From a virus: 64,000 nucleotides of DNA. Under the pieces are notes generated by a model, which was given only the letters and a program-made list of their open reading frames with translations, did no database searches and had not been told where the DNA came from. Position numbers and translations under genes: made by a program. The stretch lies in IMG/VR virus record IMGVR_UViG_3300008121_000001, positions 1 through 64,000 of that record. One strand, given 5' to 3'. Positions 35,888 through 46,845 of the stretch are shown in pieces. Every line of letters starts with the position of its first letter. Position 1 is the first letter of the stretch.

Positions 35888-38446
35888 GTGACAGATAGAA
35901 TTTTAACTTTAGATATAGAGGGTAACGGGCTTTTCAAAGACTTAGTAGACTTTAGTTCATTCCCTTATAAGTTATTACCCTCAGCTAGGCTCTGGTGCGT
36001 AGTCATTCGGGATGTAAATACTGGTGAGCATTGGAGTCGTGAGAAGGAAGGCATCACAAGAGAGTGGTTACAAAAAACTTTGAAGGGTTGCACGATACTT
36101 GTAACTCACAACGGATTAAAGTTCGACTTATTAATGCTCTGGCTATTCGGCTTGCTCGATTACAGGGTAGGTTATTTAAACGAAGTAGATACGATTTTCG
36201 GTGAGCCAGTTCAGATTGTAGATACCTTACTTCTATCTCGCTTACTATCCCCCGACCGCTACGATAATGGTGGAGGACACTCTTTAGAAACATGGGGTAA
36301 AAGAGTAGGAGATTTTAAGGATGATTATCGCCAGAAGTGCATAGAAGCAGGTTATATTGAGGCGAATGCACCTAAAGGAGCTGAGTTCTTAGAATGGAAC
36401 CCTCTTATGTGTCCTTATTGCTTGCAGGATAATGTTGTAACTGCAAAAACTTTTTTAGTTCTTTGGGAACAGTTTAAACAATACAAAGGATGGGCGCAAG
36501 CGTTCAAAGCAGAGACTAAAATTGCAGACAAAGCTATTCGTCGCGAGAATCTGGGCTTTTGGTTTGACCGTGAACTTGCTTTGGAAAATATTGCTTGGCT
36601 TGAAATTGAGATGAAGCGAATCTCAGATGCAATCAATCCAATTCTTCCTCCTAAGCCTTGCAACAAAACCGAGCTTGACCGCTTCACCCCCCCTAAAACG
36701 CAACTAAAGACACACAAAGCCGTCTACCTACCCAAGAAGCAGGTCAACAAGGATGGAACACTCTCAGCCACGTTAATCAAATGGTTCAATCAACATCCTG
36801 AAGTTATCCACGAAGAGCAGAGTGATTTTTTCTGGTTTGAGGAAACTCGTTATCAATTACCTTATGAAGAAGCCCTTGTACCTGAGTGGACAGAGCCTAG
36901 CGAAAATATTTTAAAGTTTGCTGAGCAAGTTGGTGGTCGAGTCGAAAACATTGATGGTGTGTGGACTTTCTTTTACAAAGATAGATTCTATGACTTACCT
37001 TTCGATGAACCTCTTGAAACTGAAATCGCAGCAACGCTGGATAATATTGACCACGTTAAGCACTATCTAATTTCTTTGGGTTGGGAGCCAATTGAGTTCA
37101 AGCAACGCGACCTAACTAAAGACTCCAAGAAGCAATCTATTTCTTATGAAAAGAGAGTTGTTGCTACAGAGAAATATATAGAAGAAACTCTCGGAGGTAA
37201 ATACAAAGCTGAGCGCCTAGAAATCCTTGAAGTAACTGAAGAGCAGCTTAGGGATAACTTAATGTCCAGAATTGGTAAAAACAGACCTGTATATGTGCCA
37301 ACTGCTCCCTGTGTTCGCGTAGGTGTAACTAAAGTTTTCTGCCCTTCTTTAGAGAGGTTGGGAGATAAGGTTGCTTTTGCTAAAGACTTCGCTCTGTACC
37401 TTACTTACAAGCACCGTAAGAACAGCTTGGCAGGTGGAGTGGACGAGGATTTTGACTATGAGGAAGATAATCCTCCTACAGGATTTCTAGCGCAATACCG
37501 TGAAGTTGACGGAAGAATACCTACTCCTAGTGTGGAGGTAGCTACAAATACCCATAGAATGAAGCATATTGGAGTTGCCAATATCCCTAAAGCCGATTCA
37601 ATCTTCGGCAAGGAAATGCGTTCATTATTTTGTTCAGGTAAAAATGGGTATTTTTTCGGTTATGACCACTCAAGTTTGGAGTCAAGAACTGCATCTTCGT
37701 ATATTTTTAAGTATGATGGTGGTCAAGAGTTGGCAGTCGATATGATTGCGGAAAAACCTAACTCTATTCATTGCAAAAATGCAATTAGACTAAATATTTC
37801 CAGAAATGATGCTAAGGCATTTAGCTTCGGTATTATGTTTGGAGCGCAAGCTAGAAAACTTGCAAAAATGTTAGGTATTACTGTAAAACGGGCAGAGGAG
37901 ATGTTAAAAGACTATTGGGATAACATGAAAGCTCTTGCCCAATTCAAGGAAGCTATTGAAAAGTTCTGGATTAAAAATGGTAAGACTTATATACCTGCAT
38001 TAGATGGTAGGAAAGTGGCTATTAGAAGCCAGCACTCTATTGTTAATGCTGCGATTCAATCTGCGGGTGCTTTGTGTTCCAAGTACACTTCACTATTCTT
38101 GATGCAGATATTAGAAGAGAAGGGATTATGCACCGACCCATTTTTAGGTGAGCCTGACTGTTCTCAGATGATTATCTACCACGATGAAGAAGCCTTGTAC
38201 GTCAATAAAAAGCTTTTCGAGATTAAAAAGTTTCCAGACGAAGATTCGGCAAAGCAATTTGTTTCTGATTGGAAAGGTGGACAATTGAGTGCTGTCTCCC
38301 ACATTAATAATTGGTATGTTGTGATGCCTAATGTCGTATCCGAGTCTATAATAGAATCATTGAGAAAAACAGAAGAAATTTTGAAACTTCGTGTACCTTT
38401 AGCTATAGAATGGAAACTTGGACGTAATTGGTACGAGTGTCATTAA
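35888..38446 (+). CDS. polA: Family A DNA polymerase with 3'-5' exonuclease
   Basis: Exo DIE, HNG..FD, YC.QD; pol motifs A (D.SSLE.R), B (R..AK...FG..FG), C (HDE). Confidence 0.9.
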   Translation: MTDRILTLDIEGNGLFKDLVDFSSFPYKLLPSARLWCVVIRDVNTGEHWSREKEGITREWLQKTLKGCTILVTHNGLKFDLLMLWLFGLLDYRVGYLNEVDTIFGEPVQIVDTLLLSRLLSPDRYDNGGGHSLETWGKRVGDFKDDYRQKCIEAGYIEANAPKGAEFLEWNPLMCPYCLQDNVVTAKTFLVLWEQFKQYKGWAQAFKAETKIADKAIRRENLGFWFDRELALENIAWLEIEMKRISDAINPILPPKPCNKTELDRFTPPKTQLKTHKAVYLPKKQVNKDGTLSATLIKWFNQHPEVIHEEQSDFFWFEETRYQLPYEEALVPEWTEPSENILKFAEQVGGRVENIDGVWTFFYKDRFYDLPFDEPLETEIAATLDNIDHVKHYLISLGWEPIEFKQRDLTKDSKKQSISYEKRVVATEKYIEETLGGKYKAERLEILEVTEEQLRDNLMSRIGKNRPVYVPTAPCVRVGVTKVFCPSLERLGDKVAFAKDFALYLTYKHRKNSLAGGVDEDFDYEEDNPPTGFLAQYREVDGRIPTPSVEVATNTHRMKHIGVANIPKADSIFGKEMRSLFCSGKNGYFFGYDHSSLESRTASSYIFKYDGGQELAVDMIAEKPNSIHCKNAIRLNISRNDAKAFSFGIMFGAQARKLAKMLGITVKRAEEMLKDYWDNMKALAQFKEAIEKFWIKNGKTYIPALDGRKVAIRSQHSIVNAAIQSAGALCSKYTSLFLMQILEEKGLCTDPFLGEPDCSQMIIYHDEEALYVNKKLFEIKKFPDEDSAKQFVSDWKGGQLSAVSHINNWYVVMPNVVSESIIESLRKTEEILKLRVPLAIEWKLGRNWYECH

Positions 38447-38449
38447 ATT

Positions 38450-39454
38450 ATGCCTAGAAAATCTACAATTGAAGAAGTTATTTGTAAAGCAAACCAAGTT
38501 CACAATAACTTTTATAATTATGAAAAATTTGAATACATCTCAAACTCTACTAAGAGTATAATCACTTGCCCTTTACATGGTAATTTCACTCAGCAGGTGG
38601 ATAGTCATCTTCGAGGTAGAGGATGTCCTACTTGTGGTCAGATTAAAGGTACTTTGGCAATAACGGAAACTACTGAAGGTTTTAAATCTAAACTATTAAA
38701 CAAACACAATAATAAATTAGATTTTAATGTCGTTGGAGATTATGTTAATTCTCATACTCTTATAATGTTAGAAAAAGACGGTTTTCTTTATAAAATGATG
38801 CCCTCCACCTTATTAGAGGGGGCAAAACCCTCTTTAATAAGTTGTATAGAAAAAGACAAATTCATAATCTCTAAATTCAGGGGAATCCACAAAGAACGTT
38901 ATTTGTACGATAAAGTTAAATATAAAAGTTACCACGATTTAGTAACTATAACGTGTAAAATGCATGGAGACTTTAATCAGAAAGTCTATATACACTTAGA
39001 CGGTAGTGGATGCCCAAGTTGCGCTCAAGAAAATAGGCAAGGTTGGAACGCAACTTCATGGGGATTATCTGGTAGTAATTCTTCAAATTTTAAAAATTTT
39101 ACTTTATACATAGTAGAGTTTTACAACCACAGGGAAAGATTTCTGAAAATAGGTATTACTTACAAGGATATTAAAAGTAGGTTGGAAACTATACCTTATA
39201 GATACAAAGAGTTGTTTAGTCTAACTTCAGAAAGTCCTGAACAAATAATGACTTTAGAAGGAAAACTTCATAAGCATTATAATAAGCGCAAGTATAAGCC
39301 AGCAACATCTTTTGCGGGTATGCATGAGTGTTTTGATATATCTTTAGATATAGGTGAAGTAATTTCTTATTTATCTACTCAAACCAATTTAGTAATACCT
39401 CTACCGACAGATGACAACCCCAAGCTCTTCCGACATAATACCCACATCAACTAA
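38450..39454 (+). CDS. Free-standing homing endonuclease, paralog of 31540
   Basis: CPLHGNF.Q...HL.G.GCP.C repeats; LYIV...LKIGIT...GMHECF. Confidence 0.75.
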   Translation: MPRKSTIEEVICKANQVHNNFYNYEKFEYISNSTKSIITCPLHGNFTQQVDSHLRGRGCPTCGQIKGTLAITETTEGFKSKLLNKHNNKLDFNVVGDYVNSHTLIMLEKDGFLYKMMPSTLLEGAKPSLISCIEKDKFIISKFRGIHKERYLYDKVKYKSYHDLVTITCKMHGDFNQKVYIHLDGSGCPSCAQENRQGWNATSWGLSGSNSSNFKNFTLYIVEFYNHRERFLKIGITYKDIKSRLETIPYRYKELFSLTSESPEQIMTLEGKLHKHYNKRKYKPATSFAGMHECFDISLDIGEVISYLSTQTNLVIPLPTDDNPKLFRHNTHIN

Positions 39455-39760
39455 GTGACACACATGACCAACCAATTCCTAACTGAAGCCAAACGAATCC
39501 TTTCCGAGTTTGTATCTGAAACTCGCGAATCTCTTCATTACGTTAAAACCGAACTTCTCCGCCAGTACCACCTCTCAATCATCAAGGAAATCAAGGAAAC
39601 GTATCCCACAACTTACCCATACATCGATACGGTCTACAAGATTGTTGACAGACTAGCCCAAGATGAAGACTGTCCCGATTTCGTCGAAGCACCTGAGTTT
39701 GAATCCGACGACGGACTCAACGAACCTGACTACCCCTATGATAAGGAGCCAAGCGCATGA
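39455..39760 (+). CDS. Hypothetical protein
   Basis: Packed ORF. Confidence 0.5.
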   Translation: MTHMTNQFLTEAKRILSEFVSETRESLHYVKTELLRQYHLSIIKEIKETYPTTYPYIDTVYKIVDRLAQDEDCPDFVEAPEFESDDGLNEPDYPYDKEPSA

Positions 39761-39992
39761 ATCCAGAAGTAATCCAAGTGTTTTACATCTACCCTGAAGG
39801 CTGCGAAGACCTGTATCGCTATGCAGTTATTGGTGAACTCCGCGATGTTGGTACTAATGGTGTCACTATCGACTTTGAGGAACGCGCAAGTGTAGACGAG
39901 CCTTATAAGACTCAACAAACAATCTCATTTACGGTAGAAGAAGCTCAGGCACTACAAAAAAGTGTCGGACTAATTCTTAAGCAATTTAAGTG

Positions 39993-40409
39993 CTAGTAGG
40001 GAGGCTCTTGTTCAGGCTGAGGCTTCTGAGGCATAAGTCCCCCTAGTGTAGGGAGTAGCATCGATGCTGTAACTGCCGCACCACCAAGTCCAGCAACCTT
40101 ACCACCCCAACGCTTAGCTGTATTGCCAATCTTGCCCATAGTTCCAGCAGCTTGATTAGCGTTAGTTCCTTTAACAAAGGCTTGATTATAGTTTTGGCGA
40201 TTCTGTGCATATAAGTCAGCCGCATTACCGCCAGCAGCTACTTGCTTTTGTATAACTGGTACATTTACATTTTGATTTCTTTTTCTGACAGCTTGCCCAG
40301 CAGCTTTTACTCTGTTAAACTCTTCTGGGTCATTTTGTCTAAGATAGTTAAGACTATCAGCAGTTTTTTGTTGCTCTGGACTAAGTGCAAAATTGGCAAA
40401 GTGTTGCAT
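39993..40409 (-). CDS. Isolated minus-strand protein, putative virion internal/ejected protein
   Basis: N-terminal ANFAL; Gln/Ala/Asn-rich; C-terminal Gly-rich hydrophobic helix. Confidence 0.55.
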   Translation of the reverse strand: MQHFANFALSPEQQKTADSLNYLRQNDPEEFNRVKAAGQAVRKRNQNVNVPVIQKQVAAGGNAADLYAQNRQNYNQAFVKGTNANQAAGTMGKIGNTAKRWGGKVAGLGGAAVTASMLLPTLGGLMPQKPQPEQEPPY

Positions 40410-40460
40410 TTTCTCTTTTCTGTGTTATCATTTACAACAATTCTACCACCTGATAAACCT

Positions 40461-40730
40461 ATGTCATTAGAACTACCCGACCAACCTGAATCTAAGCTCG
40501 ATTTTTCAATGCTCAGCAAGCGTATTGCTGAAGTAAAAGACGCAGACGCTACAATGAGCCAAAAACAGCTTGCCAAAGCATTTGTCAACAACACTATAAT
40601 CCCTATCCTCAACAATAAAGATATCTACCAGATGCTTCAGAACCCTAACTTTGTAGAGCAATTATCTGGTCTTCTTACTGGTTTTCTTCTTACAGCGCCT
40701 AAAGTTGCACCTCCTAAGCCTAATGAGTAA
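40461..40730 (+). CDS. Hypothetical protein
   Basis: Likely start MSLELPD. Confidence 0.5.
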   Translation: MSLELPDQPESKLDFSMLSKRIAEVKDADATMSQKQLAKAFVNNTIIPILNNKDIYQMLQNPNFVEQLSGLLTGFLLTAPKVAPPKPNE

Positions 40731-41229
40731 AATAATCTGCTCATATCGCGGCACACCGATGAAATCGACAGTCGGGCTACCAATTGGTGTTCGGCTGTTT
40801 CCTTCAGATGCAAACTACCCATACAATCGTGTAGAAATTGAAACTAAAACGCAGTTGACACCTGAGCAAGAGCGTAAGTTGTTTAAAATACTTGGAGAAT
40901 GGTTCTTAGAATTAAAGAGGGAGGCATAAATTGGACAAAGAAATTCATAATTACATCTGTTCCCTTGGGTTTCAGCTTACCGATGGGGAAACATTTGAAA
41001 CTTGGAAAGCCCATAACTTAGAGTACCCCTACGAAAGTACTTCTGACAATGTTGAATTTCTTTACGACGACTGGAAAAACAATCACTCGTTAGAATGCGC
41101 TATACCTCATGGAGGAGGCGGAGTTATAACCCATTGGCTTGACAATGTTTATGAATTGCCCAACGTACTCCAACTTATTAGGTTGCAAATTGAGGTTTTA
41201 AAAAAGCATTTGAAATCCTCACACCTTGA

Positions 41230-41258
41230 TTGATTTAAAGAAGCTTCGATGCTAAAAT
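41230..41258 (+). promoter_or_regulatory. Sigma70-type promoter for nrdJ
   Basis: TTGATT-17 nt-TAAAAT with extended TG. Confidence 0.55.
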
Positions 41259-41286
41259 AGATAAACCAAAACGACAAAAAGATATA

Positions 41287-43422
41287 ATGCAAGTACTTGA
41301 ATTTGGCTCTGACACAGACCAGCAATACATTTCAATTGTAAAACCAAAGCTCCTCACCCGAAATTTTCTTTCAAAATACATCGATAAACAGCCTCCTTTT
41401 GGGCAACTTGGCTTGATTGTATATCTACGGACTTACTCTCGATTCATCCATCAACTAAAGCGCCGAGAAAAGTGGTGGGAAACTTGTCTTCGTGTTGTTG
41501 AATACTCACTCTCTCTTCTGCCAGACAAACCTCGCAAACCATCTTACTTTACTCAAGAAAAGCAGAAAGAAGAAGCTGAAGCTCTATTTGATACTCTATT
41601 CAATTTGCGTGGATTTACGTCTGGCAGAACTCTTTTTGTAGGTGGTTCGGAAGCTTCAAGATTATATCCTTCTAGCAACTTCAACTGTAGCTACTGTAAC
41701 GTAGATAGTTTGAAGAGTTTCACAGACGCAATGTATCTTCTTCTACTTGGTTGTGGTGTTGGCTACAGTGTAGAATCTAAGCACGTATCCAAACTTCCTC
41801 GATTTAATAGAGAAGTTTTGTTACAATTCGAGCCTTATGCTGGCAAGCCTAATGTTTTTCGCAAAGTAGACACAGAAGTTGTTGGCGACTCTAATTCTAA
41901 CTATGAAATCACAGTTGGCGATTCTAAAGAGGGTTGGGTCACTGCTTTGCAGGAATTTCTTTGGTTACACTCCAGTCAAGATACCAAGACAATCACTTTG
42001 AATTTTGATAGTGTAAGACCAGAGGGTGAGCGCCTAAAAACATTCGGAGGTCGTGCTTCTGGCTACATTCCTCTTCAGACTATGTTTGAAGAAATCCATG
42101 ACCGCATTATCTCTACTGATAATGGTGTAATTGATTCTGTGACTGCAATGGACATCATGAACTCGATTGCTAAGGCGATTGTAGTTGGTGGAGTGCGTCG
42201 AAGTTCTCAGATTGCATTTGGTGATGTTGATGATGCTAATTTCCGCGATGCCAAGAAAGATTTGTGGTCGAATCCAGAAAAAGCCAAGTACAGCACGACT
42301 AGAGTTCTATCAAACAACTCGGTACATCTTTGGGAAAAGCCTAGTTACGATAGACTTAAAGAACTTTTCGAGACTATCAAGAATAATGGCGAACCTGCAC
42401 TTTCTATTGCTGGTAACGCATCTCTAAGACGCGAAAACTATTTTGGCAGTAACCCTTGCCATGAGATTCTGCTAGACAATTTAGGTGTTTGTAATCTAAC
42501 GACACAAAACTTGCTTAGTTTTGTAGACGAGTTTGGAAATTTTCTATTCGATGCTGCAATTAAGGCTATCAAGTTACTTACAAGAGTTGGTTCCCGTATC
42601 ACTCTTGTAGATATGTGGGACAAAGATTGGGATTACATTCAAAAGCGTGACCGACTTCTTGGTGTGAGTCTTACAGGTATTGTAGAGGCATATAACGCCC
42701 TTAACGACACTGAAAAGCTGAATTGGGAGTATTACATCACAGAACTCCACAAAGCCGCTAGAACCGAAGCAGACCTCTACCACGACGCTCTTGGAATCCC
42801 CCGCAGCTATCTAGTGACGACACTCAAGCCTGAAGGGACATTATCACAACTACCAACAGTCTCCTCTGGTGTCCATGCACCGTATGCCCCTTACTATACT
42901 CGTAGAATCCGTATTAGTAAGCGCGACCCTATTGCTAACGCTCTTTTAGATTTAGGTCTTGTACCTGTACCTGAGAATGGTCAAGGAAACGATATTCATG
43001 CAGACGAGTGTAATACTTGGGTATTCTCTTTTTCTGTTAAGACGAAGGCACAAATCAGGTCAATCGATGAATCTGCAATTGAGCAACTTGAGCGTTATAA
43101 GTTCTTCATGAAAAATTGGGCTGAACATACTGTTTCCGTTACCATCACAGTTGCAGAAAATGAATGGGATGGGGTTGTTGACTGGGTTTGGCAAAATTGG
43201 GAATATTGTATTGGCATTGCTTTCTTACCTAGATTTGACCCAGCCGAACTTGATTCCCCTTACCCAAATATGCCTTACGAGTCTTCAACCGAAGCAGATT
43301 ACCGACCACTTGAAATATCCGAATCGCAATTAGTCTCTCTCATTTCTAAGTATGAAACTGAGTACGAAGAATATGAACTAGATGCGTCTTGCGGAGGATT
43401 AACAGCTTGCCCCGTTCGTTGA
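41287..43422 (+). CDS. nrdJ: Class II (AdoCbl-dependent) ribonucleotide reductase, monomeric RTPR type
   Basis: YLRTYSR, FNC, GGVRRS, NPCHEI, KPEGT, C-terminal C....CPVR. Confidence 0.92.
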   Translation: MQVLEFGSDTDQQYISIVKPKLLTRNFLSKYIDKQPPFGQLGLIVYLRTYSRFIHQLKRREKWWETCLRVVEYSLSLLPDKPRKPSYFTQEKQKEEAEALFDTLFNLRGFTSGRTLFVGGSEASRLYPSSNFNCSYCNVDSLKSFTDAMYLLLLGCGVGYSVESKHVSKLPRFNREVLLQFEPYAGKPNVFRKVDTEVVGDSNSNYEITVGDSKEGWVTALQEFLWLHSSQDTKTITLNFDSVRPEGERLKTFGGRASGYIPLQTMFEEIHDRIISTDNGVIDSVTAMDIMNSIAKAIVVGGVRRSSQIAFGDVDDANFRDAKKDLWSNPEKAKYSTTRVLSNNSVHLWEKPSYDRLKELFETIKNNGEPALSIAGNASLRRENYFGSNPCHEILLDNLGVCNLTTQNLLSFVDEFGNFLFDAAIKAIKLLTRVGSRITLVDMWDKDWDYIQKRDRLLGVSLTGIVEAYNALNDTEKLNWEYYITELHKAARTEADLYHDALGIPRSYLVTTLKPEGTLSQLPTVSSGVHAPYAPYYTRRIRISKRDPIANALLDLGLVPVPENGQGNDIHADECNTWVFSFSVKTKAQIRSIDESAIEQLERYKFFMKNWAEHTVSVTITVAENEWDGVVDWVWQNWEYCIGIAFLPRFDPAELDSPYPNMPYESSTEADYRPLEISESQLVSLISKYETEYEEYELDASCGGLTACPVR

Positions 43423-43453
43423 TACAATACACACAACAACTGAGAAAGACATC

Positions 43454-44038
43454 ATGACTATAAGACTCACCGCTAAAACTTTTGGTAGGGGGTCTTTAGG
43501 ATACACACAGGCTCATCAAAACAATGGTAAGCCTGTATTTGTCCGAAAAGACCACATCTCTTGCACAACTTATGCACATATCGACCTTGTTAATGCAGCT
43601 ATCGGTAAAGTAAAATCTACTCTCACCGAGACTAGCAAGACATGGAAGACGCTCGATAAATTGCAAGATGCTATGTTCAATATAGGCTCAATGATTTTCG
43701 ATACTAAGTATGCCACTTATGAAGTAAATCTAAAGAATCTCATCTCTCGCATGGAGTCCAGAACTAGTGCTGTAAATACGACCCTAGAAGCGACTGAATT
43801 TGTTAAGTATGGACTAGACCCTATTCATGCTGATTGGGGTACGTTAACTACTCAAACAAGACTTGCAGAGACTGTTTTTGTATCTTGGGTTCATACAAGC
43901 ACTTTGGACGAAGAAACACTGACTCAGTATCAGTATGTTTTAGATTTGCTTAATACAATGTCCAAGTGGACTTTTGCAGAAAGTAGAGCTTATGCAGCTT
44001 CAAAACAACTTAAAGAAAAGACTTGGGATAGTAAATAA
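43454..44038 (+). CDS. Divergent PduO-type ATP:cob(I)alamin adenosyltransferase
   Basis: G..G.T...V.KD...Y..ID..NAAIG, LQ..MF.IG, RLAE, LN.MS.W.F...R follow the PduO pattern; adjacent to nrdJ. Confidence 0.6.
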   Translation: MTIRLTAKTFGRGSLGYTQAHQNNGKPVFVRKDHISCTTYAHIDLVNAAIGKVKSTLTETSKTWKTLDKLQDAMFNIGSMIFDTKYATYEVNLKNLISRMESRTSAVNTTLEATEFVKYGLDPIHADWGTLTTQTRLAETVFVSWVHTSTLDEETLTQYQYVLDLLNTMSKWTFAESRAYAASKQLKEKTWDSK

Positions 44039-44076
44039 GTATGGTAAACTATAGTTAAATAATTCAATAACTATAA

Positions 44077-45009
44077 ATGCCTAGGCACATCTGGAGTTCG
44101 CAAGAATTAGCTATTTTAGAAAACAACAGAGAAAAGAAAAATTTTTCTGAACTCTCCACCCTGTTAAATCGTTCTGAGAAAGCTATACAACTTAAACTAT
44201 GCAAACTGAAAAAACATTGTAAACGTAAGACACGTCCCAAGTTAAAACTACCCAGTAATACAGAAGAGTTATTAAAAGAAAAATATCTGACACATTCTCT
44301 ATTAGAACTAGCATCTTTACTTGGGGTAAGTGTTAGTACTGTAAGCTCCACTATGCGAAGTTTAGGTCTTACCAAAACAAAGAGTTTGAATAATTCTTTT
44401 TTTAACTCAGAGAATTTGCTGAGTTGTTATTGGGCAGGGTTTCTGGCAGCCGATGGTTGTGTTAGAAAACAAAAAAAGTCTAATGGTCGAGAATTATCTG
44501 TATCTTTACAGGAGAAAGATATAAATCAAATCATCCAGTTAAAAAAGGACATCGAAGCTTACGACTTTGATTTGGTATATAGCCAGCGAGGACACAGCAA
44601 AACTGGCAAAATGACTGGACAATATGCACTATACCTAACTATATCAAAACATTGTTTTGAAGATTTAGCTAATAACTTTTCTATAGTTCCAGTAAAATCT
44701 TTAACCCTACTCCCCCCAAAAATCAGTAATCATCAAAATAAGTTAGCTTTTATAAAAGGTTACATAGATGGTGATGGGTGTATAATCAAACACAAGAATA
44801 GCTCTTATGTCGGGGTATCTTGTTTAGGGACTTTTGAGTTGTTGTCTTGGGTAGCTGAAACCTTAAACTTAACCACCGCCCCTTTAAAAAAAGATAAAAA
44901 CAATGACAAAAACACGTTTCGTTTGAATATCAAAAATTCTGTGGCAAAAACAGTAAAAAACTCCATCTCGTACAGGGGTTTAGAAAGAAAATGGGATAAA
45001 ATTAACTAA
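44077..45009 (+). CDS. LAGLIDADG homing endonuclease with N-terminal HTH repeats
   Basis: YWAGFLAADGCV and FIKGYIDGDGCI. Confidence 0.8.
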   Translation: MPRHIWSSQELAILENNREKKNFSELSTLLNRSEKAIQLKLCKLKKHCKRKTRPKLKLPSNTEELLKEKYLTHSLLELASLLGVSVSTVSSTMRSLGLTKTKSLNNSFFNSENLLSCYWAGFLAADGCVRKQKKSNGRELSVSLQEKDINQIIQLKKDIEAYDFDLVYSQRGHSKTGKMTGQYALYLTISKHCFEDLANNFSIVPVKSLTLLPPKISNHQNKLAFIKGYIDGDGCIIKHKNSSYVGVSCLGTFELLSWVAETLNLTTAPLKKDKNNDKNTFRLNIKNSVAKTVKNSISYRGLERKWDKIN

Positions 45010-45446
45010 ATACCCATATGTACAACTGAAGAGGGATGCCATTGTCCCTCTTTTTTATTTATAGTGACAACATGAAATTCTTCAACTACCGCTTCCATCA
45101 ACGAGACGGTATCTCCAAAGCTAATTGGCATCCTCGCGCAATGAACAACTGGCGCAAACAAGGGCTTCCATTTATCGATTTTGGTACTCGCGTTGATTTT
45201 GGGCAGCATCACCCTGACTACAGCCAAGTACGGCTTCGAGTTGGTAATTGGCGACTGACGCTTCATTTTAATTTTGTAAATTGCGAGTTTGACACATGGA
45301 ACTGACACTAGAAGACCTCAAGAAGCACGTAGAAAAATACTACGAAGTCAATGGAAAATACCCTAACAACATTCGGCTAACTAAAAAGCTGAAGACTGGC
45401 ACAGGATTTCAAGCATATTGTGCAGAAAAAGGGATTAAGGTGAATT

Positions 45447-45923
45447 ATGTCTAGTATTGACCCGACTAAAGATGGTAAAACTCACATCAACATCTACTCT
45501 AAAGGTAAAACACCTCTTGGCAGATTTTTAACTAACTTCGCCAAACACGAACTTGTTCTGCCTGAAGGCACATTTCAATCTCTGGAAGGGTACTGGTACT
45601 ACTTAACAACCAAAGAAAAGCCGCCAGAACTCCTTACTCTTTCAGGGTTTGAGGCTAAAAAATTAGGTCAAATGCTAACTCAAGTAAAAGTACCACAAGA
45701 AGAGTTCCAAGCCAAAATCAAAAAGGCTATGGACTTAAAAATCAAATCTAGTTCTTACTGGCTAGAAGAGTTCACTAATTCGGAACTACCTTTTGTTCAC
45801 TACTATGTATTCAAAGGAGTTGTGAAGGATGTTACAGACAAATACCGATGGATTATGAATCACTGGGAAGCTCGGCGCACATTACTAAAAGAGAGGCAGA
45901 AAGGAAATGCAGGTCAATCCTAA
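45447..45923 (+). CDS. NADAR-like phage protein (tentative)
   Basis: HINIYSKG.T.LG..LTNF...FQSLEGYW. Confidence 0.5.
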   Translation: MSSIDPTKDGKTHINIYSKGKTPLGRFLTNFAKHELVLPEGTFQSLEGYWYYLTTKEKPPELLTLSGFEAKKLGQMLTQVKVPQEEFQAKIKKAMDLKIKSSSYWLEEFTNSELPFVHYYVFKGVVKDVTDKYRWIMNHWEARRTLLKERQKGNAGQS

Positions 45924-46401
45924 ATTAGATGGTGTGGAGCATATTAATATTTGGGCTAAAGGCGCAACTTTCATCGGTAAATTCCTCGCCCCTCGAACTC
46001 TTTGCGAACTAAATCTGCCCGAAGGACGATTCCTATGTGTAGCCGCCTACTGGTATCATCTAACTTGCAAAGAAGACAGCCGCCTTAACCGTGTTCACGA
46101 TTGGGAAACTGAGCTTCTTGCTACCCAACTCATTGCGTTGCCTAAAAAACAGCAGCTACCCGCATCCGAACTACAAGCGAAAATCAAAAAGGCGCTCGAT
46201 ATCAAAATCAAGTGGAGTGAGTACTGGCAAGAAGAGTTCACCGAATCAACACTTCCTTTTCTGCATTATCATCTTGATACTGAAGGAAATGTGGTTGACG
46301 AAAGCAGGAAATATCGGTGGTTGCTGAATCACTTAGAAGCAAGACGAAAACTATTACAACAGAGAAGAAACGATGCAAATCTTGTCAGCGAAGGCGCTTA
46401 G
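45907..46401 (+). CDS. Tandem paralog of the NADAR-like protein
   Basis: Colinear with the preceding protein (HINIW, LPEG.F, EEFT.S.LPF.HY, KYRW..NH.EARR). Confidence 0.55.
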   Translation: MQVNPKLDGVEHINIWAKGATFIGKFLAPRTLCELNLPEGRFLCVAAYWYHLTCKEDSRLNRVHDWETELLATQLIALPKKQQLPASELQAKIKKALDIKIKWSEYWQEEFTESTLPFLHYHLDTEGNVVDESRKYRWLLNHLEARRKLLQQRRNDANLVSEGA

Positions 46402-46845
46402 AGCCTTAGAAGTTTATGATGAACTATACAATGACCTTGAATATTTAATTGCATTTTTTATAACTGAACAGAAAGAAGGTCTGCGTTATGCTAAACTCCA
46501 TTTCGCAGAAAAAGAGGATATCTCAGAAGAGACTAAAGCTCGTCTACGTGCTTTGGGATACACTATCAAATGGATGGATACTGCAAATGGTAGCTATTAT
46601 GTTGTAAGTTGGAGCGAAGCTGATGCAGCTTGAATTTCGTAAATCTCCTCGCACATGGGGAAACGGTGTTGATATACAAAACTTCTTTGTTATAGAATAC
46701 CGCTACACAACTTACGGGGATATGGCTTGGTATGAACTAGAAGACTTTAATGAAAAAGTGGCTGACATTATTGTAGAAGCACTTACTAAATATCAATTAC
46801 AAAATTCTGACGAACTAGCTTGCAAATGGAGCAAAGTGACTAACA

